The notes: generated from the sequence alone by a model not told the origin. Positions 25,969 to 34,234 are shown, counted from the stretch's first letter. The stretch is 64,000 nucleotides of DNA from Oscillospiraceae bacterium (GCA_015063695.1 SVTQ01000001.1:70311-134310), one strand, 5' to 3'. Numbers and translations: made by a program.

Positions 25969-26991
25969 ATGAAAATAAATCCGAAATACGGAGATAAAAT
26001 AATTACCATCCCCGGCACTCAGGTTCTTGAATACCTGAAGGAGGCAAGCGGTGCGGAGCTTCGCGTTCTGATCTTCTCTCTTGCAAATCAGAGCTGCACC
26101 TTAACCGAAATTGCAGATGCCACGGGGCTTTCAAGGAACGAGGTACACGATGCGCTCACCCTCTGGAAAAAGAAGGGTGTCATGTCCGTTACGGGGCTTG
26201 GCAAAAAGGCAGAGGCTCCCGTCGAAAAGACAGAAAAGACCGAGAGTGCAAAAGCCGAAAGCGAGAGCACCGATAGCAAAAAGAGCTCAAAGGTCGTTAT
26301 CATGTCCTCGGAGCTTCCCGTTTACAGCACCGATCAGATAAACAGAATTCTTGAAAAGAATAAAGAGACCAAGGCGCTTATCGACAACTGTCAGCAGGTA
26401 CTGGGCAAGATAATGTCCGTCCATGAGGTTGAGGTCATCCTCAAGCTTATAGACTACTTAAACCTTGACGCAGACTTTGTCCTTCTTCTCTGCACTCACT
26501 GCGCAAGCATAAAGAAGACCTCTCTCAGATACATAGAAAAAACTGCAGTTTCCCTTTTCGATGCGGGAATTACGGAATATCAGAGCCTTGAAAAGTATAT
26601 CGAGCATCACGCTCTTGCAAAAAGCCGTGAAGGCAAGATGAGAACTCTTCTCGGTATCGGAGACCGCTCCCTTACCAAGAAGGAAAAGGATGCCTTTATG
26701 AACTGGGCTTCCCTTGAAATTCCAATGGAAGTCGTTGAAAAGGCATTTGAGATAACAGCCGAAAACACAAAGCGTTTTTCCATAAGCTACATGAACACCA
26801 TTCTTGAGCGTTGGCACAAGGACGGGCTCTTGACCGTTGAGGCCATTGAAAAATCAAGAGAAAGCTACAAGAGTCAAAATGCACCCAAGGATAAGCCGAA
26901 GGAAAAGAAGGGCAGCTTCGATACGGATGATTTCTTTGAAGCAGCCCTCAAGCGCTCCTACGGCGCAGATTACACACTTGACAAATCCTAA
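25969..26991 (+). CDS. DnaD-domain replication initiation / helicase-loading protein (DnaB/DnaD type)
   Basis: N-terminal winged-helix-like region and two DnaD-type C-terminal repeats (..YIEKTAVSLFDAGI.. and ..YMNTILERWHKDGL..). Followed by a DnaI-like ATPase. Confidence 0.75.
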   Translation: MKINPKYGDKIITIPGTQVLEYLKEASGAELRVLIFSLANQSCTLTEIADATGLSRNEVHDALTLWKKKGVMSVTGLGKKAEAPVEKTEKTESAKAESESTDSKKSSKVVIMSSELPVYSTDQINRILEKNKETKALIDNCQQVLGKIMSVHEVEVILKLIDYLNLDADFVLLLCTHCASIKKTSLRYIEKTAVSLFDAGITEYQSLEKYIEHHALAKSREGKMRTLLGIGDRSLTKKEKDAFMNWASLEIPMEVVEKAFEITAENTKRFSISYMNTILERWHKDGLLTVEAIEKSRESYKSQNAPKDKPKEKKGSFDTDDFFEAALKRSYGADYTLDKS

Positions 26992-27025
26992 GTAAAATAA
27001 ACGATAATCGAAAGGAGTCGGGAAT

Positions 27026-27985
27026 TTGAAAACCAGTAACACAGCCCGTCTGATGGAAGAATTCTCAAAGAAGAGAGACGCTGCCATCACTGAAATGGAA
27101 AGAAAAAGAACGGAAGTTCACTCCCTCGTTCCCGGTGTTTTTGAAATAGACAGAAAGCTTTCCGCCACCTGCTCGGAAATCGCCATGGCGGCTCTCAGCG
27201 GCGACGACTACGAAGAAAAGCTCTCGGCTATAAAAAATGAGAATATGAAGCTTCGCGCTGAACGCGCCGCCCTTCTCAAAGAGAAAGGGTATCCCGAGGA
27301 CTACACCGAAGTTAAGTTTGAATGTCCTCTTTGCAACGACACAGGTTTCGTTGGAATAAATATGTGCTCCTGCCTTAAGAAGATCGTTGCCATGGGCGCA
27401 TTCAAGGACTCCGGCATCGGGGAGCTTGTGAAGAAGCAGTCATTTGAGAGCTTTTCCTTTGATTTCTACAGCGGAGAGGCATTAAAACACGCAAAAAATA
27501 ACTTTGATACGCTGAAAAGCTTTGCGGAAAATTTCAAGCAAGGAAACGGAATGAGCTTCATTCTCATGGGCGATACGGGGCTCGGCAAGACCCATCTTTC
27601 AACCTCCGTTGCAAAGGTAGTTATCGAAAAAGGCTTCTCTGTTGCCTACGACACCGTAAACGAGATAATGGCCGATTTTGAGGCTCAGCGCTTCAGAGGC
27701 TCCGTAAGCGAAGACGAAATAAGAAAAAGATATTACGACAGCGACCTGCTTATAATTGATGACCTCGGCTGCGAGATAATAAATCAGTTTACGGTCTCCG
27801 TCGTTTACAATCTCGTAAACACAAGAATAAATAACGGTCTTTCAACCATCATAAACACAAACCTCACTCAGTCGGAGCTTCGCGAAAAATATGCGGACAG
27901 AATATTAAGCCGCATCTTCGGCGAGTTCAAGCCCCTTCGTTTCCTCGGAAACGATATAAGAGCGCAGAAGATCAAGAGAATGTAA
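27026..27985 (+). CDS. dnaI: DnaI/DnaC-like helicase-loader AAA+ ATPase
   Basis: Zinc module CPLCNDTGF..CSC, Walker A GDTGLGKTHL, Walker B LLIIDDLG. TTG start with AAAGGAG 8 nt upstream. Confidence 0.8.
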   Translation: MKTSNTARLMEEFSKKRDAAITEMERKRTEVHSLVPGVFEIDRKLSATCSEIAMAALSGDDYEEKLSAIKNENMKLRAERAALLKEKGYPEDYTEVKFECPLCNDTGFVGINMCSCLKKIVAMGAFKDSGIGELVKKQSFESFSFDFYSGEALKHAKNNFDTLKSFAENFKQGNGMSFILMGDTGLGKTHLSTSVAKVVIEKGFSVAYDTVNEIMADFEAQRFRGSVSEDEIRKRYYDSDLLIIDDLGCEIINQFTVSVVYNLVNTRINNGLSTIINTNLTQSELREKYADRILSRIFGEFKPLRFLGNDIRAQKIKRM

Positions 27986-28097
27986 AAGAGAACCCCAAGC
28001 CGTCTTGCGACAAGAACGGGGCGTCGAGGCTCCGCCCCCTACGGAGGACCCCTTGTCAAAAGAGAACCCCAAGTCAGCTAAAGCTGACTTGGGGGCA
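27984..28097. repeat. 58-bp GC-rich palindromic insert flanked by 16-bp direct repeats, followed by a terminator hairpin
   Basis: aaaagagaaccccaag occurs at 27984-27999 and again at 28058-28073. The insert at 28000-28057 contains ggggcg...cgcccc and gacaag...cttgtc arms. Confidence 0.8.
28066..28097. terminator. Terminator hairpin between convergent dnaI-like gene and small Cys-rich gene
   Basis: ccccaagtcagc-taaa-gctgacttgggg (12-bp stem). On the minus strand it is followed by ttctctttt. Confidence 0.7.
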
Positions 28098-28113
28098 CAT
28101 ATATATTTGATTT

Positions 28114-28275
28114 TTAGCAGCAGCCGTGTGTATTGTTGTTATAAGAAGTACAGCCGTTGTTACCGCCGAGGCAGTAACCGCAGCCGCCGTTATCACAAAC
28201 TGCAAAGAGAATGATAAGGGCGATTATGATGAGCCAAAGCACTTCGTTATCGAAAATATTACAGAAACAATTCAT
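28114..28275 (-). CDS. 53-aa Cys/Gly/Asn-rich small membrane protein (below the ORF-track cut-off)
   Basis: Minus-strand ATG at 28275 to TAA at 28114: MNCFCNIFDNEVLWLIIIALIILFAVCDNGGCGYCLGGNNGCTSYNNNTHGCC. One TM helix. A strong terminator lies 16-20 nt downstream. The RBS is weak (GGAAAAAG). Confidence 0.55.
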   Translation of the reverse strand: MNCFCNIFDNEVLWLIIIALIILFAVCDNGGCGYCLGGNNGCTSYNNNTHGCC

Positions 28276-28408
28276 ATTACACTTTTTCCGGCGAGACCTC
28301 GCCGAAGTCCTTTCATTTTTTCCGAGGAGGTTTTCCGTCCTCTGTTATCATGTTATGCATGAAGGAGCTTTCGGTTACTGTTTGTCGGATTTTTTCATAA
28401 TATGATCC

Positions 28409-29044
28409 TCAGCTTAGCGTCAACTCATCCGTATGAAGAAATGCGTTTGCGGCAAGAGTGCTTCCTGCAGGGATCTCAACGCTTTTTCCGCATTCCTTAC
28501 AGGTAACGATAACACTGCTGTCGGTGACGGACACTTCATATCGTCCCTCGCCCGGCTCACAGCCGCAGTATATCTTCTTTTCCTCGGCAAGGTCGCCTAT
28601 AACGTAGAGGATGATATCGAGTATCTGAGGGTCGTCGAAAACGCTCTCCTTCTTACCGCAGGAAAGGTCTGAGAAATCGTTTTCTCCAAGCATTTCCGCA
28701 AGCAGAAGGTCGGACTCTTCAATAGCTTTTTCAACCTGCTCCGCTTCACCAAGAAAGCCTATGTCAACTCCCGTGTAGGAGCAAGGCAGGGAGAATATAT
28801 CCTTGGAATAGAAAATGTTTTCGCTCACCGTAAATATATGGGGCTTGGGGCAAAGGAAGCAGGGCACCGTAAGGCGCATCTTTCCGTCGCGCTTATGCTC
28901 CACGGTCATTTCGCTCTCGCCGCAGGGACACTTAAGTCTCACAAGGTCTCCCCCAAGGACAAAGGCTCCCATAACGCTCTTGACGGTCATTCCGCAGGCA
29001 GGGCATCTGTATGCAACGGTGGTCATCTTCTTATCAAGTATCAT
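28409..29044 (-). CDS. Hypothetical multi-zinc-ribbon protein
   Basis: CPACG...CPCG, CFLCP and CGC...CKECG cysteine pairs. No family was recognised. Start at ATG 29044 (GAAGG RBS). Confidence 0.6.
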   Translation of the reverse strand: MILDKKMTTVAYRCPACGMTVKSVMGAFVLGGDLVRLKCPCGESEMTVEHKRDGKMRLTVPCFLCPKPHIFTVSENIFYSKDIFSLPCSYTGVDIGFLGEAEQVEKAIEESDLLLAEMLGENDFSDLSCGKKESVFDDPQILDIILYVIGDLAEEKKIYCGCEPGEGRYEVSVTDSSVIVTCKECGKSVEIPAGSTLAANAFLHTDELTLS

Positions 29045-29173
29045 AAACAAACCTTCATTTCCGATTTTTAAAGCTGCAGTTTTACTGCAACACAGTTAGT
29101 ATACCACTTTATAACAATTTATGCAACACCGAAAAGGCCATACACAAAAAATTAAAGACAAGGAGGTAAAGCC

Positions 29174-31552
29174 ATGAATATAAAGCTGTCGGATGCGGGC
29201 GAAATAATCATCTCTGCCCGTGAGATATGCGTGTGCCCCGACATACCCTTCGGGACTTATCCCATGTTTTTACCTTCCGCATCTCCCACCGAAGAAAGGG
29301 AGATGCCGTCTGACGTTTCCTGCCGTATGCTCTTTGAAGGTGAAGCTTTTATAATCGAAACCTCAAACGACGGAATTTCAAAGACCAAGGACGGACTTGT
29401 AATTGAGAAAACAAAGCAGGTAAAGAGAGCGCCCATGCGCATTTTTTCAGACAGCTCCTTCGTTGCGGAAGGTTGTATTTCAGCCCTTGCGCTCTGCAGA
29501 GAGAGAAAGCTCAGCGGAGTTTCCCTTCAGCTCACTTACATTGACAAAAACGACAACGCCACGGGATACAGAGCATATCTTTCCTATCCTCTGCTTGAAA
29601 GAATAGTTAAAATTCTCCTTGAAAACTCATTCTTTTTTGCGAAGGTCAGAAAGGACTTTCTCCAAAAAGGAATAGACAATATAAAGAATATGCCCTTCCC
29701 CTACAAGAGCATCCGAGAGGGTCAAAGGGATTTTATCCTCAAGGCATTCAAGGCCATCAAAACGGGAAAAAGACTTGTTGCCGTTGCCCCCACGGGAATA
29801 GGCAAGACCGTTTCCGCACTCTATCCTGCAGTAAAATCTCTTGCCACGGGACATACTGAAAAGATATTTTATCTAACCGCAAAAACGGTGACGGGAAAAG
29901 CGGCGGAGGAAACTGCCGCTGTCATAAATAAGTTCGTTCCCGAGCTTCGCACCGTGACTATCGTTGCAAAGGAACGTATGTGCCCTTCAAAGGACAAGAA
30001 GAATCCCTTCAAGGTGGATAAGTGCACCTTTAACTGCCCCCGTCTGTGCGACAGTCAGGACGGCTCTTACTCCACCCGAGTGAAAGCAGCGCTGACGGAG
30101 CTTTTGTCAAGCGGTACGGTCTACGGCTCCGATGAAATACGTGCCGCAGCCGAGAAATTTGCCCTTTGTCCCTATGAATTATCCCTTGACCTCAGCGAAT
30201 ACTGTCAGATAATAATCTGCGACTACAACTACGCCTTTGACACCCGCATCCGCTTCAGAAGGTATTTTACCGAAAATGACCTCAGATACGTTTTCCTTAT
30301 TGACGAGGCCCACAATCTGCCCGACCGCGCAAGGGAGATGTACTGCGGAAATCTTGACGTTTCCCTTATAAAGAACCTTGTTGAAACGGCAACGGAAGTG
30401 AAATATTTCAATGCCACTCTTCACGAAAAAGCAAATTCCCTTATCTCAAATTTTGAAGCGGTGAGGGCGCTTTGCCTCGAAAACACGGAGCTTGCGGGAG
30501 CCGAGAGCTACGGATATTCTGTTGAAAACGAGATACCGAAAGAACTTCTGCGTTCCATAAGAGAGCTTTCCCGAGCCCTTTCGGATGCAGAAAAATTCTG
30601 CGAGAACGAAAAGCTTCTGCCCCTTATCGAAAAAGCATCCTCAAAGCTTTCGGACATTCTTCACGCCGCCGATTTCTTTGACGAGCATTTCGTTTTCTTC
30701 GGCGAAGCTATCGGTGACACCCTTCGTTTCAGAATACTCTGCCTTGACCCATCAAATATTCTTGACACCATCATGAAAGGCGCAGTTTCAACTATTCTTT
30801 TCTCGGCAACTCTCACGCCCACGGACTATTTTGCCGACCTCTTCGGATGCAGAAAGGCAACACTCCTTGAGCTTGACTCACCCTACGACTCCGAAAATCT
30901 TTGTCTTGTTGCCATGGACAAGGTGAGCACGCGCTACGTCACAAGAGGGGACACCGCAAAGAAGATAGCCGAGATCATAATTACAACCGTCTTGGCAAAG
31001 GCGGGGAATTACATGATCTACTTTCCTTCCTATGAATATATGAACACAGTAGTAAAGGAATTTCTCCGCGCGGCACCGAAACACATTAAGGCGGTGGCGC
31101 AGAAATCGGGAATGTCCGTTGAAGCAAGAGCGCGTTTTCTTTCATTCTTTGAAAATGCAACTGACGGCGAGACCCTTGTGGGCTTCTGTGTTCTTGGCGG
31201 AATATTCTCAGAGGGCATTGACCTGCCCGACAAAATGCTTATCGGCGCGGTCCTTGTGGGAATCGGTCTTCCGGGTATCTCTTCTGAGCTTAATATCTTA
31301 AAAGATTATTACGACAGAACGAGAGAGGACGGCCACGGCTTTGCCTACCTCTATCCTGCCATGATAAAAATCCAGCAGGCGGCAGGCAGAGTTATAAGAA
31401 GCGGCACTGACCGCGGAGTTGTTGTTCTCATTGATGAAAGATATGCCGACAGGCAGATACAAAAGCTATTTCCATCACACTGGAGCCACATGAAATACGT
31501 CGGCGACACCTATTCCCTCTCGGGAGTTCTTGAAAAGTTTTGGAAGCTGTAA
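29174..31552 (+). CDS. XPD/DinG (Rad3)-family Fe-S DNA helicase with an extra ~170-aa N-terminal domain
   Basis: Walker A APTGIGKT, a DEAH box (LIDEAHNL), four Cys of the Fe-S domain (MCPS, DKC, FNCPRLC, ALCPYE), and C-terminal helicase_C_2-like QAAGRVIRS. AAGGAGG RBS. Confidence 0.85.
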   Translation: MNIKLSDAGEIIISAREICVCPDIPFGTYPMFLPSASPTEEREMPSDVSCRMLFEGEAFIIETSNDGISKTKDGLVIEKTKQVKRAPMRIFSDSSFVAEGCISALALCRERKLSGVSLQLTYIDKNDNATGYRAYLSYPLLERIVKILLENSFFFAKVRKDFLQKGIDNIKNMPFPYKSIREGQRDFILKAFKAIKTGKRLVAVAPTGIGKTVSALYPAVKSLATGHTEKIFYLTAKTVTGKAAEETAAVINKFVPELRTVTIVAKERMCPSKDKKNPFKVDKCTFNCPRLCDSQDGSYSTRVKAALTELLSSGTVYGSDEIRAAAEKFALCPYELSLDLSEYCQIIICDYNYAFDTRIRFRRYFTENDLRYVFLIDEAHNLPDRAREMYCGNLDVSLIKNLVETATEVKYFNATLHEKANSLISNFEAVRALCLENTELAGAESYGYSVENEIPKELLRSIRELSRALSDAEKFCENEKLLPLIEKASSKLSDILHAADFFDEHFVFFGEAIGDTLRFRILCLDPSNILDTIMKGAVSTILFSATLTPTDYFADLFGCRKATLLELDSPYDSENLCLVAMDKVSTRYVTRGDTAKKIAEIIITTVLAKAGNYMIYFPSYEYMNTVVKEFLRAAPKHIKAVAQKSGMSVEARARFLSFFENATDGETLVGFCVLGGIFSEGIDLPDKMLIGAVLVGIGLPGISSELNILKDYYDRTREDGHGFAYLYPAMIKIQQAAGRVIRSGTDRGVVVLIDERYADRQIQKLFPSHWSHMKYVGDTYSLSGVLEKFWKL

Positions 31553-31563
31553 CCGTATAAGAT

Positions 31564-31942
31564 AATACCCCGACTACTCTGTCGGGGTATTCAGACCGAA
31601 GACAAACTTGGTATAACGCAGATGTGAGAAGAAAAGATTCTTCAAAACAATTATTTCTTGATGAAATCATCTGACATGGAAAAGGCGGGCAAAATGCCCG
31701 CCACATCTGTTTAAGGGGTCCTCAAGTTAGCTTTGCTGACTTGGGGTTCTCTTTAGGCGAGTTTTTCCCTCTACCATAGGCAACTACGGCGTGAACCCCA
31801 AACATTCGATGAATGTTTGAGGACCCCTTGCGCCTACGAGGAAAAAATCGCCAAATCTACCTGCGTTTCTCTCAGTCTGATCCAGAGTGCAGACTTTGTC
31901 TGCACTCTGAAACCTCAGACTACTTTGCAGTCTGAGGTTTTT
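31564..31942 (-). mobile_element. Copy B of the structured, MITE-like element (core 31592-31909), inverted relative to copy A
   Basis: The reverse complement aligns with 22782-23058. For example, the 36-nt block cagatgtggcgggcattttgcccgccttttSCatgt has 1 mismatch, and ggtagatttggcgattttt is identical. It carries an extra 40-bp hairpin module at 31713-31751. Confidence 0.7.
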
Positions 31943-31943
31943 A

Positions 31944-32615
31944 TCATATCACGTAAAATCTGATACAAATAAACTGAAGTAAGGTTCCGAGAAGGACAAA
32001 GATATGGAATATTGAATGAACGTATCTGTGTTTCTTTCCGATGCCGTACATTACGGCACCCACGGTGTATGCAATTCCGCCGAAAAGAAGATACATAAGT
32101 CCTGCAAAGGGAATGGCCTCAATAGCCGTTTTTGCCGCCATAAGAATACACCATCCCATGCCTATATAGCAGACCATAGAGAACTTGAAATATTTCTTTA
32201 TATCGATGGCGGTAAGTATTGTGGCAATTATGGCAAATCCCCATTCAAGGGCAAATATTATCCATGCCCAAACCTGTGAAACGGGGAGGATGGAGCAGAA
32301 AAGAATGGGAGTGTAGGTACCCGCAATAAGAAAATAGATGGTGCAGTGGTCGATTATCTGCATCACTTTTTTTGTCATTTCGTGGCTTATTCCGTGGTAA
32401 AGGCTTGATGCTGTGTAGAGAATAATAAGGGATGCGCCGTATATGGAGCAACCTGTTATTCCCCATGGGTCGTTCTTTGCGGCGGAGAGTGCGATACAGG
32501 AGATGAGAGCAAATATGCCGAAAAGCGCACCTGTAACGTGGGATGCGGTATTTATAAATTCTTCCCCTTTTGTATAGGTGGGAAGTATTCTGTCTGAAAG
32601 CTTTGTTCGGGTCAT
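31944..32615 (-). CDS. Hemolysin-III / PAQR-family membrane protein
   Basis: Seven TM segments with conserved His pattern (SSLYHG..., DHCTIY, ...HSIFHIFVL). Confidence 0.85.
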   Translation of the reverse strand: MTRTKLSDRILPTYTKGEEFINTASHVTGALFGIFALISCIALSAAKNDPWGITGCSIYGASLIILYTASSLYHGISHEMTKKVMQIIDHCTIYFLIAGTYTPILFCSILPVSQVWAWIIFALEWGFAIIATILTAIDIKKYFKFSMVCYIGMGWCILMAAKTAIEAIPFAGLMYLLFGGIAYTVGAVMYGIGKKHRYVHSIFHIFVLLGTLLQFICIRFYVI

Positions 32616-32859
32616 GGTTCTTCCTTTCGGCTTTTTGATACAGTCATTTTACCCGCCGGAGTTTGTTTTTTCAACCTACGGTAAGGTTTTATAAGTATAC
32701 CGCAAAGGAACTGACGGGTAGAGACGAAAAATACAACTCTACCCGCGGTAGAAGTGACTTTTTCAGCGATTTTTGCCCCTTAATTCATTATGTAATATAT
32801 TGTGTTGTTTTGAAGGAATTTCCATTGAAGTTTTTCTTTGTTTGTGATAGAATTAATAA

Positions 32860-32873
32860 CGAACAAATGTTCG
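32860..32873. promoter_or_regulatory. LexA (SOS/Cheo) box upstream of dinB
   Basis: CGAACAAATGTTCG is a perfect palindrome matching the Firmicute GAAC-N4-GTTC consensus. It lies 35 nt upstream of the dinB TTG start. Confidence 0.75.
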
Positions 32874-32907
32874 GTGTTGAACCGAGCATCAGAAAGGAGC
32901 GGCTTTT

Positions 32908-34155
32908 TTGGAAAGAACTATTCTTCATTCCGACCTCAATAATTTTTTTGCATCGGTGGAGTGTCACCTTGACCCGACACTTAAAGGGCATCCCGTTGCA
33001 GTGGCAGGTGACCCTGAAAAGAGACACGGAATAATTCTCGCAAAGAATTATGAAGCGAAAAGCTTCGGTGTTCAGACGGGCGAGCCTCTTTGGCAGGCAA
33101 AGCAAAAATGCCCCTCACTTATCTGTGTTCCGCCCCACTATGGGGAATACGAAAAATTTTCTGCGGCGGCAAGGAAGATATATGCGGATTACACCGACCT
33201 TGTGGAGTCCTACGGTATGGACGAATGTTGGCTTGACGTTACGGGCAGTCGCCGCCTTTTCGGCGACGGAAGGACTATTGCCGACGAGATACGTGAGCGG
33301 ATAAAAAAAGAGCTTGGAGTCACTGTTTCCGTGGGAGTTTCCTTCAACAAGGTCTTTGCAAAGCTTGGAAGTGATATGAAAAAGCCCGATGCCACAACGG
33401 TTATAGATAAGGATAATTTCAGAAATCAGATATGGGATCTTCCCGTCAGAGACCTTCTTTACGTTGGACGGAAAAGCGGAGAAAAGCTTGAAAATTTAGG
33501 TATCACCACCATAGGAAAGCTTGCAAGAACTCCCATTGAGGCATTGAGATATTTTATGGGTAAAAACGGAGAGATGCTGTGGACCTTTGCCAACGGTCTT
33601 GATATGTCTCCCGTTGCAAATATCAATGCCAAAACTCTTGTGAAATCCGTATCCTGCGGAAATACTTCCCACCGTGATTTAGTCTGTGACGACGATATAA
33701 GATGCGCTCTTCTCCCCCTTTGTACAAAGGTCTCCTCAAGGCTCAGAGAATACGGTTTTTTCTGCCGCACAGTACGGCTTTATGTCCGTGACTTTGAGCT
33801 TAGTTCTTATGAAAGGCAGAAAAAGCTCAGGGTCCCTTGCCGCACCTCAACGGAGATATTCAGAGCCGCCCATGAGCTTTTTCTGAAGAACCACCGCTCG
33901 GGAAAGCCTGTCCGTTCTCTCAGCGTTCAGGCATCCGACCTTATTTATACGGAAGAAATCCAGCTTTCCCTTGACCCCGAAATAATGAAATTGCAGCGAA
34001 GGGAATTTCTTGAGGCAGCCTGCGACAGACTTGAGGGGCGATACGGAAAGGGAACTGTCTTTCGCGGAGTTTACCTTGCAGATCCCGAGATCGCGGGACT
34101 TCATATCCATTCGGGGTGTGAGAATATTATGCCGGGCAGGATGAATATGATTTGA
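32908..34155 (+). CDS. dinB: DNA polymerase IV (Y-family)
   Basis: ILHSDLNNFFASVE, SYGMDECWLDVT and SVGVSFNKVFAKLGSDMKKPD motifs. TTG start with AAAGGAG 8 nt upstream. Confidence 0.9.
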   Translation: MERTILHSDLNNFFASVECHLDPTLKGHPVAVAGDPEKRHGIILAKNYEAKSFGVQTGEPLWQAKQKCPSLICVPPHYGEYEKFSAAARKIYADYTDLVESYGMDECWLDVTGSRRLFGDGRTIADEIRERIKKELGVTVSVGVSFNKVFAKLGSDMKKPDATTVIDKDNFRNQIWDLPVRDLLYVGRKSGEKLENLGITTIGKLARTPIEALRYFMGKNGEMLWTFANGLDMSPVANINAKTLVKSVSCGNTSHRDLVCDDDIRCALLPLCTKVSSRLREYGFFCRTVRLYVRDFELSSYERQKKLRVPCRTSTEIFRAAHELFLKNHRSGKPVRSLSVQASDLIYTEEIQLSLDPEIMKLQRREFLEAACDRLEGRYGKGTVFRGVYLADPEIAGLHIHSGCENIMPGRMNMI

Positions 34156-34234
34156 GGAAAAAGAGCCTTCCAAGCATTATTTGCTTTGTGAAGCGGGGGC
34201 GTAGGGGGCGTTGCCCTCTGCGGAGAATATCGGT

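Noticed and set aside
28126-28362. A 78-aa plus-strand ORF from the track.
   Set aside because: It is antisense to the better-supported 53-aa Cys-rich gene, which has a terminator downstream and a coherent TM-plus-tail architecture. The plus-strand ORF has no RBS and runs through a terminator region.
25969-31552. DnaD-domain protein, DnaI-like loader, small peptide, zinc-ribbon protein and helicase, considered as a prophage remnant or defence island.
   Set aside because: There are no integrase, terminase, structural, restriction or toxin genes, and no compositional break that I can see. The block is embedded between rimI-tsaD and housekeeping genes. A DnaB(DnaD)-DnaI pair is the normal Firmicute helicase-loading system.
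32700-32790. A possible third, degenerate copy of the A/B element upstream of the hemolysin-III gene.
   Set aside because: The similarity is limited to ggtaga plus gcgattttt and a local hairpin (gggtagag...ctctaccc). That is too weak to call by eye.
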